Assembly: GCA_030583845.1 (NCBI GenBank)
Contig: CP129478.1
Location: forward strand, 343,175-407,174
Source of the DNA: Candidatus Dojkabacteria bacterium
GTDB lineage: Bacteria; Patescibacteriota; Dojkabacteria; SC72; JAHDCA01
DNA length: 64,000 bases
Direction of reading: 5' to 3'
Notes under the pieces: generated by a model
What the model was told of the DNA's origin: nothing
Databases searched by the model: none
The model's input: the letters and a program-made list of their open reading frames with translations, nothing else
Part shown: positions 1 to 10,781 of the stretch, in pieces
Layout of the letters: each line of letters opens with the position of its first letter
Position numbering within the stretch: position 1 is the stretch's first letter
Translations under genes and position numbers: made by a program

Positions 1-925
1 CTATCTTAGTCAATTCAGAATCAATAAGGGATAAGATCGAATCCTCCTTCACCAGACCCATATTCTCTGCCCTTCTCTTCTTTATACCCTTACTGCCTTT
101 CTCTTTTGCCACATCTTTTGCGACCATCTTCTGTAGATCTTCTCTAGGATTTGCCTTGTCATAAGCATTAATTGCAGCTGACTGGTCATATTCAATTACT
201 ATATGCTGAGAGTTATTATCTAGTCGATATACATCAGTTACTGCTCCAAAGTACTTTTGGAGGTTTTTAGCAAATTCCTCGACTACCTGCTCGATACCCA
301 CCTCAATACCTTTAGAAAGCGATTCCGAGAAATCGATGACAAAGTAGGCATCCTTGGTTTCCCTTGTCACTGCTGTTCTTTCCGACTGTCGCCACCCCCA
401 CATCCTACAGGTTACAGAGTGGTCATCTTTCCAGACTGGCTCACCAACATATGGAGTGCCAACTTCCGCCTCACCTATGCCCAAATAAGGCTCATCGCCT
501 GTTGCGAAATCGAGTTGCAAATCACCGACAACCTTAGCTAGATCCTCTCCTCCAAATGGGAGGCCATACTTGACCGAATAGCTGTTGTAGAAGTTGACCA
601 AAGCATTAATATTTGGGAGGTCCTTATCGCTCATAACCCTCTTGGTAAGGGCAATATGTGAGGCGTCGAAGCTCTCAGTTACCTTGGTCGTTTGAGAGAT
701 ATTGTCTAGCACCATCTGGTAGCGATCCTGCCATAGCTTGTACTGTGGGAGGCTTAGCCAATCAAGGTCGGCATATTTCTCACGCAGCCCAGCTTCTATC
801 TTCCGGCTTTCTTCCAATATATCTTTGCCAAATCTGGTCTCGATATTTAGGCCACGAGCGATGACAATATACTCCACTGCGTCGGGGAACTTCTCGAAGA
901 TTTTGTTACTAATTGAGACCTTCAT
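1..925 (-). CDS. B3/4 domain protein (PheT beta-subunit-related, COG3382-like); C-terminus truncated by window edge
   Basis: Own translation of the minus strand from ATG (RC of 923-925): MKVSISNKIFEKFPDAVEYIVIARGLNIE... This matches the conserved N-terminus of stand-alone B3/4 proteins. The frame is open to position 1 (no in-frame stop), which is why it is absent from the ORF track. Confidence 0.6.
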   Translation of the reverse strand, partial: MKVSISNKIFEKFPDAVEYIVIARGLNIETRFGKDILEESRKIEAGLREKYADLDWLSLPQYKLWQDRYQMVLDNISQTTKVTESFDASHIALTKRVMSDKDLPNINALVNFYNSYSVKYGLPFGGEDLAKVVGDLQLDFATGDEPYLGIGEAEVGTPYVGEPVWKDDHSVTCRMWGWRQSERTAVTRETKDAYFVIDFSESLSKGIEVGIEQVVEEFAKNLQKYFGAVTDVYRLDNNSQHIVIEYDQSAAINAYDKANPREDLQKMVAKDVAKEKGSKGIKKRRAENMGLVKEDSILSLIDSELTKI

Positions 926-952
926 TCGATCTATTCTCTAGGTTATCTTGCC

Positions 953-1029
<77 letters not shown>

Positions 1030-1224
1030 ATCTCCAAAGTCCAAAATCATTTACCCTCGAAGTTGCGAATGAATTACTTCCTATTTTACCACCTTGATAC
1101 CGACTCTGCACCAATCATGTGATCGTTAGTTTCACTCCGTCCCATGCGCGTTACACGGTTTTTACACTCATTTAGATCGTTAAGTCTGCAGTACCAGCGG
1201 CCATATGGCTATAGGACAGTAAAT

Positions 1225-1298
1225 CGTACCCGGACGGAATCGAACCGTCAACCTTCAGCTCCGCAAGCTGATGCTCTATCCAGTTGAGCTACGGGTAC
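1225..1298 (-). tRNA. tRNA-Arg (anticodon GCG), no encoded CCA
   Basis: Cloverleaf: acceptor GTACCCG/CGGGTAC, D-arm GCTC-AACTGGATA-GAGC, anticodon stem TCAGC/GCTGA with loop TTGCGGA (U33, anticodon GCG, G37), T-arm GACGG-TTCGATT-CCGTC. GCG is unusual: most bacteria use ACG read as ICG. Confidence 0.75.
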
Positions 1299-1364
1299 AT
1301 AATCGTCAGGTGATTTTACCCGACGACATCAATAACCGCAACCAACCTATGCCGTTTCGATTTC

Positions 1365-2021
1365 TCACTTCTTGGGCACAACCTGACCACCCATTGCCTT
1401 ACCCAGCCAGGCGATCCCAGCTCCGAAGAGGAAGCCACCAACGTGTGCTCCCCATGCTACGCCGCCCTCGCCATTGCTATAGCTCAACAAACTGTTTAAG
1501 AACTGCAAAGCAAACCAGAACGCTAGTAGATACTTCGCACTAATATCATAAATCCCAACGCGAGGATATGCAATTATAAAGCTCTTGATTTTGCTTTGTG
1601 GAAAAGCAACCGCATAATATCCAAGCACTCCTGAAATTGCTCCGCTCGCTCCTATGATTGCCACATTTGTGTCCCACGAAATCCCTAACTGGACAAGTGC
1701 GGCAACGAGCCCAGCTACAAGATAAAACAGCAGATACTTCCCACTCCCCATCTTCGCCTCAACGTTATCTCCAAACACCCAGAGGTACCACATATTTGAG
1801 AATAGATGTAGCGCCCCACCATGGATAAACATAGATGTAACAAGTGTAAGCCACTCGCCATTTGCAATTAGCTCTGTTGGGATCAGTGCATAGCTCTGCA
1901 GAAACAGTTCAAGATCTGACTGCAGGTACTGAAAAACGAAAAAGAGGACATTTATTAGAATAAGTACGACTGTTACCACTGGGAAGATCTTTGATTTTTG
2001 CGAGTCGCTTATTGGCCACAT
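1365..2021 (-). CDS. Rhomboid-family intramembrane serine protease
   Basis: 218 aa, multiple TM segments, motifs HGGALHLFSNM, GASGAISGVLG (GxSG catalytic Ser) and AHVGGFLFG (catalytic His). Confidence 0.8.
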   Translation of the reverse strand: MWPISDSQKSKIFPVVTVVLILINVLFFVFQYLQSDLELFLQSYALIPTELIANGEWLTLVTSMFIHGGALHLFSNMWYLWVFGDNVEAKMGSGKYLLFYLVAGLVAALVQLGISWDTNVAIIGASGAISGVLGYYAVAFPQSKIKSFIIAYPRVGIYDISAKYLLAFWFALQFLNSLLSYSNGEGGVAWGAHVGGFLFGAGIAWLGKAMGGQVVPKK

Positions 2022-2216
2022 CTTGTTGAAATTCTAGCATCTGATGAGCTAAAGAACTAGCAAACTTCCTTTGACTTTCAGAAAGTCAAGATTTCTCTCC
2101 ACCGCTCTTTCATTAAAATTTAATGGAATCTGGCTTGAATGCAGCGCAATCCTCTACACTTACCTCTACATGATATGAGACGAAACACACATTTTAATGG
2201 TATAATGCTCACCGTT

Positions 2217-5117
2217 ATGCAGGAAGAAATAGTAATTAAGGGCGCGAAGACGCACAACTTAAAAAATATCAGCCTGTCCATCCCCAAGAACAAATTTGTT
2301 GTTATTACCGGCGTTTCTGGTTCTGGGAAGTCGTCGCTCGCTTTTGACACCCTCTATGCTGAGGGGCAGCGTCGTTATGTGGAGTCGCTCTCATCATACG
2401 CACGACAGTTCCTTGGACTCATGGAGAAACCCGACGTTGAGAGCATAACTGGACTATCCCCAGCTATCTCCATCGACCAGAAAACATCTAGCAGCAATCC
2501 ACGATCGACAGTCGGCACAGTGACAGAGATTTATGACTACCTGAGGCTTCTTTACACCCAGATCGGTGAGCCGCACTGTCCAAATTGTGGCCGCCCTATC
2601 CAAGCCCAGACTATCCAGGAGATCGTCGCTCAGATCAATACGAAACTGCTTGAGGGCAAAGAAGACAAGGCTAAACTGCAGGTGCTTGCACCTATCGTGC
2701 AGGCAAAGAAAGGAAGCTATAAAGATCTTTTCGACAACCTTCTGTCCAAGGGATTCCTAAGAGTAAGCGTCGACGGTGAGGTATACTCACTAGACGAGGC
2801 TGACGAGATCAAGCTTGATAAGAACAAGAAGCACAGCATCGACCTAGTTATCGACCGACTGGTATTCGACAAAGCATTGCATGAAGATAGCGAAAGTGAG
2901 GAATATAAGAGCTTCCAAAAGAGGCTTAATGATGCGATAGAGCTCTCCTCAAGCATGGCCGACGGCGAGGTCAAGATCTTGATCGACGAAGAGGCTCACT
3001 TCTACTCCGAGAGCAACACCTGCTTCAGCTGCAAACTATCGTTCCCAAAGCTAAAGCCAGCCTCTTTCTCATTCAACTCACCACATGGAGCCTGCCAACG
3101 CTGCTCCGGTATTGGCAGCCTCAAAGAGATCGACGTAGAGAAGATCTACAATCCTCGTCTTTCTATCCTTGAGGGAGGCATATTCCCATGGTCAAATCGC
3201 ACCACAAGCGACTCATGGACAGCCAAAATATTGCAACAGGTCGCCGTAGAGCACAAATTTAGCCTCAAGACCCCTATTGGCGAGTACCCGAAAGAGATCC
3301 TCGACCTTATCTTCTATGGCACAGGAGCCAAGGAGCGTTACAGAATCAGCTACAGAAATAAGCGAGGCGAGTTAAGAGATTATGATGCAAGATTCGAAGG
3401 AGTTGTGCCAGAAATTGAGCGCCGCTACCTTGAAACCACATCGAACTATATCCGCGCTGAGACCGAAAAATATATGGTTGAGCGAGAGTGCTCGGAATGC
3501 CATGGAGCTCGCCTCAAGCCCTACCCGCTATCGGTCAAGCTAAAAGATAAAAACATAAACGAGCTGAGCAATCTCCAAATCAATGATGTGGTTAAATTCT
3601 TCAAATCGCTTGATCTGAAGGGAAATCGTAAAGAGATCGCAGACCCAATTTCGCGCGAGCTGATAACCAGGCTTACATTCTTGCTCGACGTCGGGCTTGA
3701 TTATCTCACCTTAGATCGACGAGCCAGCACTTTATCAGGCGGTGAGTCGCAACGAATTAGGCTAGCCTCACAGATAGGCACAGGGCTTACAGGTGTCCTT
3801 TATGTCTTAGATGAGCCATCAATCGGCCTCCACTCTCGCGACGTAGACAAGCTTATCAAGACTTTAGAAAATCTTCGCGATATCGGTAATTCTGTAGTGG
3901 TCGTTGAGCACGACTATGACACAATCTCTAGGGCCGACCATATCGTGGATATAGGTCCTGGTGCAGGTGTAAATGGTGGCGAGGTAGTTGCCGAGGGTGT
4001 ATATAAAGATTTCATGAAGCAAGGCAGTCTAACAGCCCAGTACCTCTTGAACAAGAAGCAGGTCGGAGAAAGCCTTCAGGACATTGAGAATGAAGAGACT
4101 CAGAACTTTGTTGACGGGAAGAGGCTCGTCCTGAAAGGGGTTAAAACGCACAATTTGAAGTCGGTAGACCTCGAGGTACCTCTTGGCAAGTTTGTGAGCG
4201 TTACGGGCGTCTCAGGCTCTGGGAAATCCTCGCTTGTAAATGACACACTCTATCCGATCTTAATGAACGAGAAGATGAACGGCAAGCAAAGCGTTGGAGA
4301 ATATGAATCTATCGAAGGGCTTGAGCATGTACAGAAAGTCATCGGAATCGACCAGAGCCCTATCGGGCGCACACCTCGCTCCAACCCTGTCACCTATATC
4401 GGCGCTTTCCAGTATATCCGAGACCTTTTCGCAATGACACCAGAGGCACGCGCCCGAGGCTATACACCAGGCCGATTTAGCTTCAATGTGAAGGGGGGGC
4501 GTTGCGAGAAATGCCAGGGCAACGGTCAAATCAAGGTAGAGATGCAATTCCTCGCCGACATGTATATCACCTGCGAGGAGTGCGGTGGCAAAAGGTATAA
4601 CAAAGAGGCTTTGCAGATCGATTACAAAGGGAAAAACATCTCCGAGGTGCTAGATATGTCAGTAGCTGAGGCACGCGAATTCTTCTCAGCTATATCCAAT
4701 ATAAAGAGGAAGCTTGATCTACTAAGCGATGTTGGGCTCGACTATATCAAACTCGGTCAGTACGCCACTACCCTTTCAGGTGGCGAATCGCAGCGTATAA
4801 AGCTAGCTCGTGAGCTCACTAAAATGGTGCGGGGACACACAATGTATATCCTCGATGAGCCAACAACAGGCTTACATTTTGCTGACGTCGACAAGCTCTT
4901 AATTGTATTGAAAAAGCTTGTAAATAAGAATAATACCGTGCTCGTAATTGAGCACAATATGGACATCATCCGCTACTCTGACTGGATAATCGACCTAGGT
5001 CCAGATGGTGGCGACAAGGGTGGGTTGATCACCGCTCAAGGCAGTATGGCAGACATTATTGCTGCAGGTACGCACACTGGCAACTATTTGAAGGAATACC
5101 TAGACCATACCTCATAG
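2217..5117 (+). CDS. uvrA: Excinuclease ABC subunit A (UvrA)
   Basis: Tandem ABC ATPase domains (GVSGSGKSSL twice, LSGGESQRI twice) and C-x2-C zinc-finger insertions. The ORF track starts at 2139, but the conserved N-terminus MQEEIVIKGAKTHNLKNISL begins at the ATG at 2217. Confidence 0.95.
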   Translation: MQEEIVIKGAKTHNLKNISLSIPKNKFVVITGVSGSGKSSLAFDTLYAEGQRRYVESLSSYARQFLGLMEKPDVESITGLSPAISIDQKTSSSNPRSTVGTVTEIYDYLRLLYTQIGEPHCPNCGRPIQAQTIQEIVAQINTKLLEGKEDKAKLQVLAPIVQAKKGSYKDLFDNLLSKGFLRVSVDGEVYSLDEADEIKLDKNKKHSIDLVIDRLVFDKALHEDSESEEYKSFQKRLNDAIELSSSMADGEVKILIDEEAHFYSESNTCFSCKLSFPKLKPASFSFNSPHGACQRCSGIGSLKEIDVEKIYNPRLSILEGGIFPWSNRTTSDSWTAKILQQVAVEHKFSLKTPIGEYPKEILDLIFYGTGAKERYRISYRNKRGELRDYDARFEGVVPEIERRYLETTSNYIRAETEKYMVERECSECHGARLKPYPLSVKLKDKNINELSNLQINDVVKFFKSLDLKGNRKEIADPISRELITRLTFLLDVGLDYLTLDRRASTLSGGESQRIRLASQIGTGLTGVLYVLDEPSIGLHSRDVDKLIKTLENLRDIGNSVVVVEHDYDTISRADHIVDIGPGAGVNGGEVVAEGVYKDFMKQGSLTAQYLLNKKQVGESLQDIENEETQNFVDGKRLVLKGVKTHNLKSVDLEVPLGKFVSVTGVSGSGKSSLVNDTLYPILMNEKMNGKQSVGEYESIEGLEHVQKVIGIDQSPIGRTPRSNPVTYIGAFQYIRDLFAMTPEARARGYTPGRFSFNVKGGRCEKCQGNGQIKVEMQFLADMYITCEECGGKRYNKEALQIDYKGKNISEVLDMSVAEAREFFSAISNIKRKLDLLSDVGLDYIKLGQYATTLSGGESQRIKLARELTKMVRGHTMYILDEPTTGLHFADVDKLLIVLKKLVNKNNTVLVIEHNMDIIRYSDWIIDLGPDGGDKGGLITAQGSMADIIAAGTHTGNYLKEYLDHTS

Positions 5118-6363
5118 TTGGTAAAGATTCTGGCAAAGTTGGGTAAGTCATTCAAAATTGCAAATTTAAGCAAAATTTGCACAGACGTCTTCACTTGCTA
5201 ATATACTAGCGGATTCTTTATAGAAAAGGATCCGAATTTATTCGCCATTAAATTATAGCTCCGTAAAAGCAGATTTGGTATCAACCCTCCTTGCTGTCGA
5301 ACTACAGGATACACCAGGAGGAAGTAACACCAAACTACAGGCTACACCTATAGTCAACAACTTTGAATGCACTGACATTATTATTTAATAAAACCCTCAA
5401 ATATAGCAAGAAAGTCCTTCCGTACAAGATAAAGAATAGGTTGCTCGCAAAATTACTATACCTGCAACACTAGCGCATAATTAGTTGTAGGTAAAGACAC
5501 AATTATATCATTCTATCCAATAATAATAGACGTAAATAATCCTGTAGTCGGAATAAAGCAGTAATACAGGTTCGCAATCTAGATGAAATGGCGTAGCTAC
5601 AAGTGCAAAATAGTGGTAACATTACTTTCATAATGTAAGTCCATCTATTTATCATAGCAATACGGCTGCTGCTATATTATTTAATTTACTCTTTATACTA
5701 AAGAGTTTCAAATTAAATAGTGCCAAAATTGCACTGCAACATTTACTCCTTGAAAATATTACCAAAAGTAGGCGGATACTTTACTTACAAGCTTTACAAT
5801 CAAATTCAAGCACTTATATACGTTTTCCTTCTTTTTCTAACTTAACGTCTTATGTAAAAGCTTTTCACACGGTTAACCCAAACCATAATATTTGGAATCC
5901 CCCTTACCCATAAGGCATTAACGATTATAAATATATTTTTAGCCATAACCGCTCAGTCCACCAAGAATTATGCAAATCTTCTCGGATTTTACATAATATA
6001 TTTTATAGGCCTACAGTTAGCTACCCAACAGCATTCATGGATACATTTGTGAAACATATGCCCAATCCAGGGTACGCAATTCTGACCCACTCATAATGTG
6101 ACACCTATGCACAATACCTACTAATCATATAGTGGCGCGTCGCAAAATGTGCTTTAAGGTTTATTTTGCAATATTGGCACGCCCTGTATTGGTTTGCTAC
6201 ATGCTTTATAGTGCAAACTTGTATAGAAACATACATTACTGATACCAAGGGAAAATTTATATTGGCTAGCAGAAGTACATGGAGTGTGACAGTGTTAAGT
6301 CTGCTACTCACCTCCACATAGAAAAATTTTGTTGGGGATGTCTGATGATATGTCAGACCTAGA

Positions 6364-6440
6364 TGGCGTACCTGGCAGGATTCGAACCTACAACCTACTG
6401 CTTAGAAGGCAGTTGCTCTATCCCTTGAGCTACAGGTACA
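6364..6440 (-). tRNA. tRNA-Arg (anticodon UCU), CCA encoded
   Basis: Cloverleaf: acceptor GTACCTG/CAGGTAC, anticodon stem ACTGC/GCAGT, loop CTTCTAA (anticodon TCT, A37), T-arm GTAGG-TTCGAAT-CCTGC, G discriminator plus CCA. Confidence 0.85.
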
Positions 6441-6529
6441 TAACCTTAGCAGATCACCTATTCAGGATTGCTAATTAGTCGCATGAGTATAATACATTTA
6501 GACTAAGCTTTCAATTAGCATGCTCTCTC

Positions 6530-7366
6530 TCAGAGCCCTATTACAATAGACTTTTTATTAGCTGTGGAGAGTACTTTAGCGTCCACATTTGCCAGCCTGC
6601 TTAGAGCCTCAGGACTAGGATGCCCGTAGCTGTTCTCACTTGCGAAGCTACAGATGGCAGTCTCGGGCTTAGTTACAGTCAGAAACGCCTCGGTACTTGA
6701 GCTTCTTGAGCAGTGATGACCAGCTTTCAGTAAGTCTATATCTTCTAACGAACCTTCCTCTAGCAGCTTTTTCTCGAGCTCCGCTTCAGCATCGCCAACA
6801 AACAGCAGCTTTTTTCCTGCCACTTCGAGAAGGAAAACTATTGAGTCATTATTCACATTTTTGTCTGTGGGATTCAGGCTACCTACAGATCCTTTACAAT
6901 CAGATGGTCTCGCTTCAGCGGCAAATGGATGCAAGATCTGTATCACCATATCCTTATACCTGAGTTCGTGAAGGTTATTAACTGGCTTTATCTTGAGATC
7001 GAGATCTAGCAGAAGTCTGTACAAGCTAGAGTTGAAACAGACCGGATTAATCCATACTTCTCCGATCTCATACCTATCAACAATATCTAGAATTCCCGAG
7101 ATGTGGTCTGCGTGTGGGTGCGAGACTATCAGTATATCGATCTTACTGTCGTCGACAGACATGTATCGCGGCAAGGCAAACGTAAGATAATCGGCTGGTC
7201 CACCATCCACCAATATATTCAGCCCTTCATACTGGATCAAAGAGGCGTCACCCTGCCCTATATCCAGGAAGATCACTCTGTTATAGCTGCTATCTGGGAG
7301 CAGATCTACGATGAGAGCACCGATCAAGAAGAGAACAGTGATGAAGTTCTTCCTAAGAGTATCCAT
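6530..7366 (-). CDS. comEC: ComEC C-terminal metallo-beta-lactamase domain (split from N-terminal part; probably one gene)
   Basis: Motifs IFLDIGQGDA and HPHADHISG (MBL HxHxDH) preceded by a TM helix. Its ATG (RC 7364-7366) overlaps the stop of the upstream comEC fragment in the sequence ATGGATACTCTTAG. An A4 run (gagaaaagtt, RC of 7372-7381) sits at the junction, where a 1-nt change fuses the two ORFs. Confidence 0.7.
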   Translation of the reverse strand: MDTLRKNFITVLFLIGALIVDLLPDSSYNRVIFLDIGQGDASLIQYEGLNILVDGGPADYLTFALPRYMSVDDSKIDILIVSHPHADHISGILDIVDRYEIGEVWINPVCFNSSLYRLLLDLDLKIKPVNNLHELRYKDMVIQILHPFAAEARPSDCKGSVGSLNPTDKNVNNDSIVFLLEVAGKKLLFVGDAEAELEKKLLEEGSLEDIDLLKAGHHCSRSSSTEAFLTVTKPETAICSFASENSYGHPSPEALSRLANVDAKVLSTANKKSIVIGL

Positions 7367-8951
7367 GCTGCTTGTAATAATAACTTTTCTCAACCCCACT
7401 CTTCGGATACAGACTCACAACCAGCAGTAGCTCCAGGATGAATATTGCAGCTGCATGATATAGCCCAAAACCATCCAGTGATACCAGCACATGCTCATAT
7501 TGCCCTATCCAATCCACAACCAGTTGAAAGTACTTAAGCTCAAGATAGAGCGCCAGGAATGTGAAACCGCTAATGTTCTGACTAATCATATCGCCCAGTA
7601 TTGAAACAACCCCAAGAAGCAACGAGCCTTCTACCACGGGCAAAATCAAAAAGTTGCTTACGACTCCAGCAATTGAAAGCTGCCCGAAATAGTATGCCGT
7701 AATCGGAATCGTACTCAATGTACATGCCAAAGTTGGAAACAGATATGCCCCAAGCATTGCGTGAAACCGCTTGCCAATCAACTTTACCTTACCAGCACCC
7801 TCCTCCAAAATTGGAGTTATATAGATCAGACCAGCGGTTGCAGCAACAGATAGCTGAAAGCTAAGGTTGTAAAATATCTTTGGATCAAATAGCGAGAAAA
7901 TAAGAGCGCTGAGTGGCAGCAGCAGATGAACTACACCTTTTCTTCCCTGCGACAAAGCCAGTAAGGCCAGCGTGCTCATAATAGCCGCACGCACGATTGA
8001 TGCCGAGCCTCCAGACAAGATAACAAAGAGCCATACAGCCAGTAGCGAGAGGGCAATCCGAGCTCTCTTTGGTAGCCAGCTAGCAGTAAGTTTATGAACC
8101 GAGGCGATAAGTATGGCCACATTATAGCCTGAAGCCGCGATAATATGCGTTGTTCCCGTAACCCTTAGCCTCTCGGCAAAAACCTCGTCGAAAACACGAT
8201 CTTCACCTAGAAGTATGCCGATAAGAAGCGACGCTTGAGGCTCAGGAATCTTCCTCTCTACTCGGTTTACGACCATCAGCTTGATATCGTACAGGCTATT
8301 CCTAAGCCTGCTACCACTCCTAACATTCTCGATATTTTCGCACTGGATCACGCTGCTGGAGCGGGCTATATAGAAGATTTTCTTATATCTTAGATACTTT
8401 CTATAATCAAAGTCAGAAAAGCTTTCTGGCTCAACCAGCTTGCCACTAAATCGGCATCGCTGACCTAGGCTGTAAACAGGATACCTCTCACCTTCGATCA
8501 GCAGATTAAGCTTGATAGATCTGAAATCTTTAGCTTCGTCAGTTTCACGATCAGTAATATTCAGAACTCTCATTACATAACTCACGCTTTCATGATCTAG
8601 CTCTGGCTCGCGGCTGATATAACCTTCAATCTCTACATCCTTGCCCATGTACCTCTCTCGTACAGCTGCTCGTACCGCAGCCTCATTGTGAAACCACCTG
8701 ACTACTACAAAAGCTGCCAAAAGTGAGCCAAGAAGAGGAAAGAGTATAAAGCGAGGCCTCTTCATTAATAGTAGTGCCAAGCACACGACTAAAAGGCACA
8801 GCAGGCAAGCTATAGCAAAAGTAGGATTGCGCAATTCGCTCTCTACTGCGAGTATATTTACGACTATATACCCGATGCATAAAAGCAGTATTGGTGTGTC
8901 GCATATGAGCCGAGCTAGAGCCAAGAGTCTTTTCGATACTGCATCAGTCAT
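7353..8951 (-). CDS. comEC: ComEC N-terminal region (DUF4131 plus competence membrane domain)
   Basis: 532 aa polytopic membrane protein. It lies immediately downstream of comEA and upstream of the MBL fragment. The TM-rich competence-domain organisation is typical of ComEC/Rec2. Confidence 0.7.
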   Translation of the reverse strand: MTDAVSKRLLALARLICDTPILLLCIGYIVVNILAVESELRNPTFAIACLLCLLVVCLALLLMKRPRFILFPLLGSLLAAFVVVRWFHNEAAVRAAVRERYMGKDVEIEGYISREPELDHESVSYVMRVLNITDRETDEAKDFRSIKLNLLIEGERYPVYSLGQRCRFSGKLVEPESFSDFDYRKYLRYKKIFYIARSSSVIQCENIENVRSGSRLRNSLYDIKLMVVNRVERKIPEPQASLLIGILLGEDRVFDEVFAERLRVTGTTHIIAASGYNVAILIASVHKLTASWLPKRARIALSLLAVWLFVILSGGSASIVRAAIMSTLALLALSQGRKGVVHLLLPLSALIFSLFDPKIFYNLSFQLSVAATAGLIYITPILEEGAGKVKLIGKRFHAMLGAYLFPTLACTLSTIPITAYYFGQLSIAGVVSNFLILPVVEGSLLLGVVSILGDMISQNISGFTFLALYLELKYFQLVVDWIGQYEHVLVSLDGFGLYHAAAIFILELLLVVSLYPKSGVEKSYYYKQHGYS

Positions 8952-9757
8952 CAGATGCAGACCAGATCTTTTATTGCGTTATACTTGCTGTCACCTATAC
9001 CGTTCACGTCGAGTAGCTGCTCGATAGTTGTGAAAGGCCTTGCGTCAATTATCCTCGCTGCTGTGGCCTCGCCGATGCCTGGCAGCTCTTGCAGCTCTTC
9101 ATTTGAAGCAGTATTGATATTGGTGCAATCGCCCTGACCTGGATTGCTGTTGCCTTCTTCAGGATTATCTTCACCACGACTGCTTACATCAGTCGTATCG
9201 CCATCTTCATATGCAGTCGATATTAGATCGTCATCCATAGGAACATCCTCTGCGTACTGGAATTTCTTGGCAGTACAGCTGTACTCTTCCGCGAATGGTA
9301 TGTAGATCTTCTCATTCGCGCGGAGCTGGCGTGCATAGTTAATATATTTCGACACATACTGGAAAGCGTAAACATCATAGTTAATATCTCCAGCTCGAAG
9401 TATTGCGTTCACTACCATTTCGCCCTTATCAAGGCAGTAGACACCCGGAGCCATTACTGCACCTGCTACATCAACACATACCTTCACACTATCCGATACC
9501 TCGACAGTATCATCCATTGTCGAGCCAGCACTTTCCGATAAATCCGTCAAAGTTAGCTGCTCTTCGCTAGGAGGATCACTCGATGGAATATCTCGATAAC
9601 TTATAATATGCGGCTGCGAGAAAAATCCTAATGCGAAGCCCACCAGCAAGCCAACAACAACCCCCACTAGCACTCCTTGCCTCTGGCTAAATATGAATTT
9701 ATGGGCGGTGAGAAAAAAGTGTTTATGATCCATACCAAGATCATAAACGGAGAACAT
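8951..9757 (-). CDS. comEA: Competence protein ComEA (SLBB plus helix-hairpin-helix DNA-binding domain)
   Basis: N-terminal TM; SLBB-like VKVCVDVAGAVMAPGVYCL; C-terminal tandem HhH NINTASNEELQELPGIGEATAARII...LLDVNGIGDSKYNAIKD. Confidence 0.8.
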   Translation of the reverse strand: MFSVYDLGMDHKHFFLTAHKFIFSQRQGVLVGVVVGLLVGFALGFFSQPHIISYRDIPSSDPPSEEQLTLTDLSESAGSTMDDTVEVSDSVKVCVDVAGAVMAPGVYCLDKGEMVVNAILRAGDINYDVYAFQYVSKYINYARQLRANEKIYIPFAEEYSCTAKKFQYAEDVPMDDDLISTAYEDGDTTDVSSRGEDNPEEGNSNPGQGDCTNINTASNEELQELPGIGEATAARIIDARPFTTIEQLLDVNGIGDSKYNAIKDLVCI

Positions 9758-9802
9758 GAAAATTTGCTAAAAAGTGGAAGATCTCCCTAATCAGAAAGAG
9801 AA

Positions 9803-10558
9803 TTAGTTCTCTACAATCTCGATATCGTTGATGATTATAGGGTTGAGGGGGCGATACTCGCTGTTACCTTGGTATACAGTTTGAGATTCAATCTTATCAA
9901 CAATTGTGAAACCGCCTGTCACAAAGCCGAATATTGTGTACTTGCCGTCGAGAGTATTGCTATCAAACTCGCGGCTTGTGATAAAGAACTGTGAGCCATG
10001 AGCATCATTAGCACCGCTACCTTCGGACATCGCTATCACAAAAGGCTCAAATTTCAATGTAGGGTCACTCTCTAAGCTAAGCTCGTATCCAGGACCACCT
10101 GTACCATCACCTTTCGGATCGCCACCCTGAATTATGAATCCTTCTATCACCCTATGGAATGAAGTGCCATCATAGAAATTTTCCTGCGCCAGGAAGACAA
10201 AGTTATTGACCGCCTCTGGAGCCTCGTCCTGATAAAGATCCAACTCAATACTGCCCATGTTGGTGCTGATTCGTGCAGAATAATCTGAGCCACGATTTAT
10301 AACTGTAGGGGGAGGATTGTTATATGCGTTATTTTTGCCGTTGCTGACAGGCTCTGGTAGATCGCCGCTATTATTTCCGCCATTGTTATTATTTCCAACA
10401 GGATTTAGCGGTCCGGTAGCAGACCCGTTCAAATCCCAAAAGTTAAACACGTTCTGGCTGGTGGCACTTGCGATAAGCATTGAGAGAATAACAACCGCCC
10501 CCATCGATAGGAACAGCTTCTGGTTATCTTTAAATACTCCTTTTGCGTCTACTTTCAT
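9803..10558 (-). CDS. Secreted or membrane-anchored cyclophilin-type peptidyl-prolyl cis-trans isomerase
   Basis: Cyclophilin motifs FHRVIEGFIIQGGDP and GSQFFIT. N-terminal signal/TM follows the ATG at 10558 (MKVDAKGVF...VVILSMLIASATS). An N/G-rich low-complexity linker is present. Confidence 0.8.
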   Translation of the reverse strand: MKVDAKGVFKDNQKLFLSMGAVVILSMLIASATSQNVFNFWDLNGSATGPLNPVGNNNNGGNNSGDLPEPVSNGKNNAYNNPPPTVINRGSDYSARISTNMGSIELDLYQDEAPEAVNNFVFLAQENFYDGTSFHRVIEGFIIQGGDPKGDGTGGPGYELSLESDPTLKFEPFVIAMSEGSGANDAHGSQFFITSREFDSNTLDGKYTIFGFVTGGFTIVDKIESQTVYQGNSEYRPLNPIIINDIEIVEN

Positions 10559-10781
10559 GCCTTTATTATACACGAGACAGTTTATAGGTCTACAGGAATC
10601 CAACCCACTTTCGCCCTATGAGTCGCGCCTACCCATGAAACTCCGAAATGATCCCGAGAAACAGATGAGTACATTTTTGCAATTAAGCCACGACCATGCT
10701 GATACAATTGCAAACTTATCAACACCACCCAAGGCCAGAGAATTCTGATCAAATTTCCCAGAACCCCCGACCAAATATTCT

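Noticed and set aside
5118-6363. tmRNA, RNase P RNA or SRP RNA in the AT-rich ORF-free region
   Set aside because: I found no tRNA-like TTCGAATCC T-loop with a CCA end for tmRNA, no GGAAAGTCCGG/AGGGTGAAA P-RNA motifs, and only a weak resemblance to the SRP domain IV motif. It remains an open candidate for some other ncRNA.
6530-8951. comEC as an authentic two-gene split with ATG/TAG translational coupling
   Set aside because: The ATGGATACTCTTAG overlap is compatible with coupling. However, an A4 run at the junction and four other homopolymer-associated frameshifts nearby make a sequencing indel the more likely explanation. It remains possible.
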